This document shows positions 63,701 to 64,000 of a stretch of DNA of 64,000 bases, in pieces. The stretch's first letter is position 1. The number at the start of each line of letters is the position of its first letter. The stretch is taken from assembly GCA_963710755.1 (NCBI GenBank), contig CAVQBK010000004.1:64001-128000 (forward strand), given 5' to 3'. This DNA comes from an uncultured bacterium. GTDB taxonomy: Bacteria; Oederibacteriota; JAAXVQ01; JAUVAV01. A program made the translations under genes and the position numbers. The notes beneath the pieces were generated by a model. The model ran no database searches. It was not told the origin of the DNA and worked only from the letters and a program-made list of their open reading frames with translations.

Positions 63701-64000
63701 GTGGTGGTCGGTGGCATCATCCTGGGCGTTAAGCACAGTTTGACCAAGCGCAAGGAACCCATGCTGCGGTTTAATCTTGAAAATTTTGACGGGCTGGTGG
63801 AAGTCATGGTTTGGCCCGACACCTTGGGAAGTCATCGTCATTATCTGCACAAGGATGAAATGGTATTCGTGCAAGGACGACTGGACCGCAGCGGTGAGGA
63901 CAACAAAATCGTGGCCCACGATATTATTCCCTTCCAGGAAGCCTACAGCCGGCTGAGCCGGCAGTTGGTGCTCACCTTGCACCCCACCTTGGGGGAAGAA
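60704..64000 (+). CDS. dnaE: DNA polymerase III alpha subunit (3' end outside the window; absent from the ORF track)
   Basis: Manual translation: FVHLHVHSEYSLLDG, ALTDHG, GPGRGS.AGSLVAY, FERFLNPERISMPDIDVDF, KMDFLGL, FNKSH. Confidence 0.97.
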   Translation, partial: MPFTKFVHLHVHSEYSLLDGACRLEALVDRAKALHMPALALTDHGVLYGAIDFYHRCLRHGIKPIIGMEAYVAPGSRFDRKSDHGMKDAAHHLVLLARDFEGYQNLVALSSIGFLQGFYYRPRIDKAVLAQHAKGLIGLSACLKGEIAQLLLKNELPLARQVAEEYGQLFGEGHFYLELMNQHLPQQGLVNRGLIDLARETGLPVVATNDVHYLKRDDALAQEVLMCLQTGQTLNDEKHMHLETREFYLKSGEEMEHLFSEIPEAGRHTLDIANHCNLEMPSGRMQLPHYPIPENEIEIPSQAGLPPDLDAYLEARCRQAMAQQDFPDRQAVESRLSLELDVIKKMGYAAYFLIVWDFISYAKKIQVPVGPGRGSVAGSLVAYLLGITEINPLRYGLIFERFLNPERISMPDIDVDFSDIGREKIIRYVTEKYGQENVAQIITFGTMAARAAVRDVGRVLTLAYELVDKVAKLIPFGPEMTISRALEQVPELKALAEDNGQVQQLLTIAMTLEGQARHASTHAAGIVISKDPLLTLVPLCHTKQPKIQEPEPSGNASTLTTQYAMESLERLGLLKMDFLGLRTLTVIDETLKAVEAQTGRHLDLQALTYDDAATFTMLGEGQTSGVFQLESAGMRDLLKRLKPQSLEEISALNALYRPGPMAIIDDYIGRKQGRLPIRYPHPELESILKETYGTIVYQEQVMQIAVRLGGFTYGQADLLRRAMGKKNRELIEQQRDVFVKGAQTKKIPAEQAEAIFDLMARFGEYGFNKSHSLAYAVLAYQTAYLKANYAPYFAAAVLSSEMHNTDKIAAYIQEYRRQQIALGLPDINKSFDRFIVVDQKIQFGLAAIKNVGQGAAKLIVQEREAQGLYASFDDFCERLELRTVNQRAIESLIKAGAFDHLTATRRALLLQLEASLSRAQKIQEERALGQMAMFDQSALTADREKSVSIPENEKDRLAGEKEVLGFYLTGHPLTEFQDLLRTFNSQALTQLNKVEEGRPVVVGGIILGVKHSLTKRKEPMLRFNLENFDGLVEVMVWPDTLGSHRHYLHKDEMVFVQGRLDRSGEDNKIVAHDIIPFQEAYSRLSRQLVLTLHPTLGEE

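Noticed and set aside
60704-64000. Intein or frameshift in dnaE, since the gene is missing from the ORF track
   Set aside because: Motifs are collinear and FNKSH is uninterrupted; the ORF appears unlisted only because its stop lies beyond the window.

Overview
Bacterial chromosomal segment, almost entirely + strand, dominated by housekeeping genes: clpB (5'-truncated), yicC-gmk-rpoZ-coaBC, family-4 UDG, priA-def-fmt, NTase-TPM-lemA, rnpB, aroF, recX-alaS-ruvX, mltG-DUF5693-csaB, ftsEX-envC-ctpA, tsaD, dusB, rsmI, spoVS, an FtsH paralog, CIRCE-controlled groES-groEL, guaB-guaA, yjbQ and dnaE (3'-truncated, missing from the ORF track). The organism appears to be a diderm (outer-membrane beta-barrels, lipoproteins) with Firmicutes-like gene order; the Thr/Pro linkers and C-terminal sorting-like domains suggest a candidate phylum such as FCPU426/Goldbacteria (inference only). 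The main signal is a set of four secreted proteins with T9SS-like C-terminal domains that fall into two classes. The two with a WDG-type (FlgD-like) domain are each directly followed by their own PorV-like barrel gene. The two with a short domain plus a Thr/Pro linker have no partner. Other observations: a ~32-bp inverted repeat around a barrel+lipoprotein cassette, a ~320-nt structured leader upstream of the yicC-gmk operon, an unannotated MNT pseudogene, an orphan HEPN lacking its regulatory Tyr, a degenerate NadE-like protein with a long disordered N-terminus, and several REP-like palindromes. No CRISPR array, rRNA, tRNA, transposase or integrase was seen. All calls come from motif recognition by eye; no searches were run.
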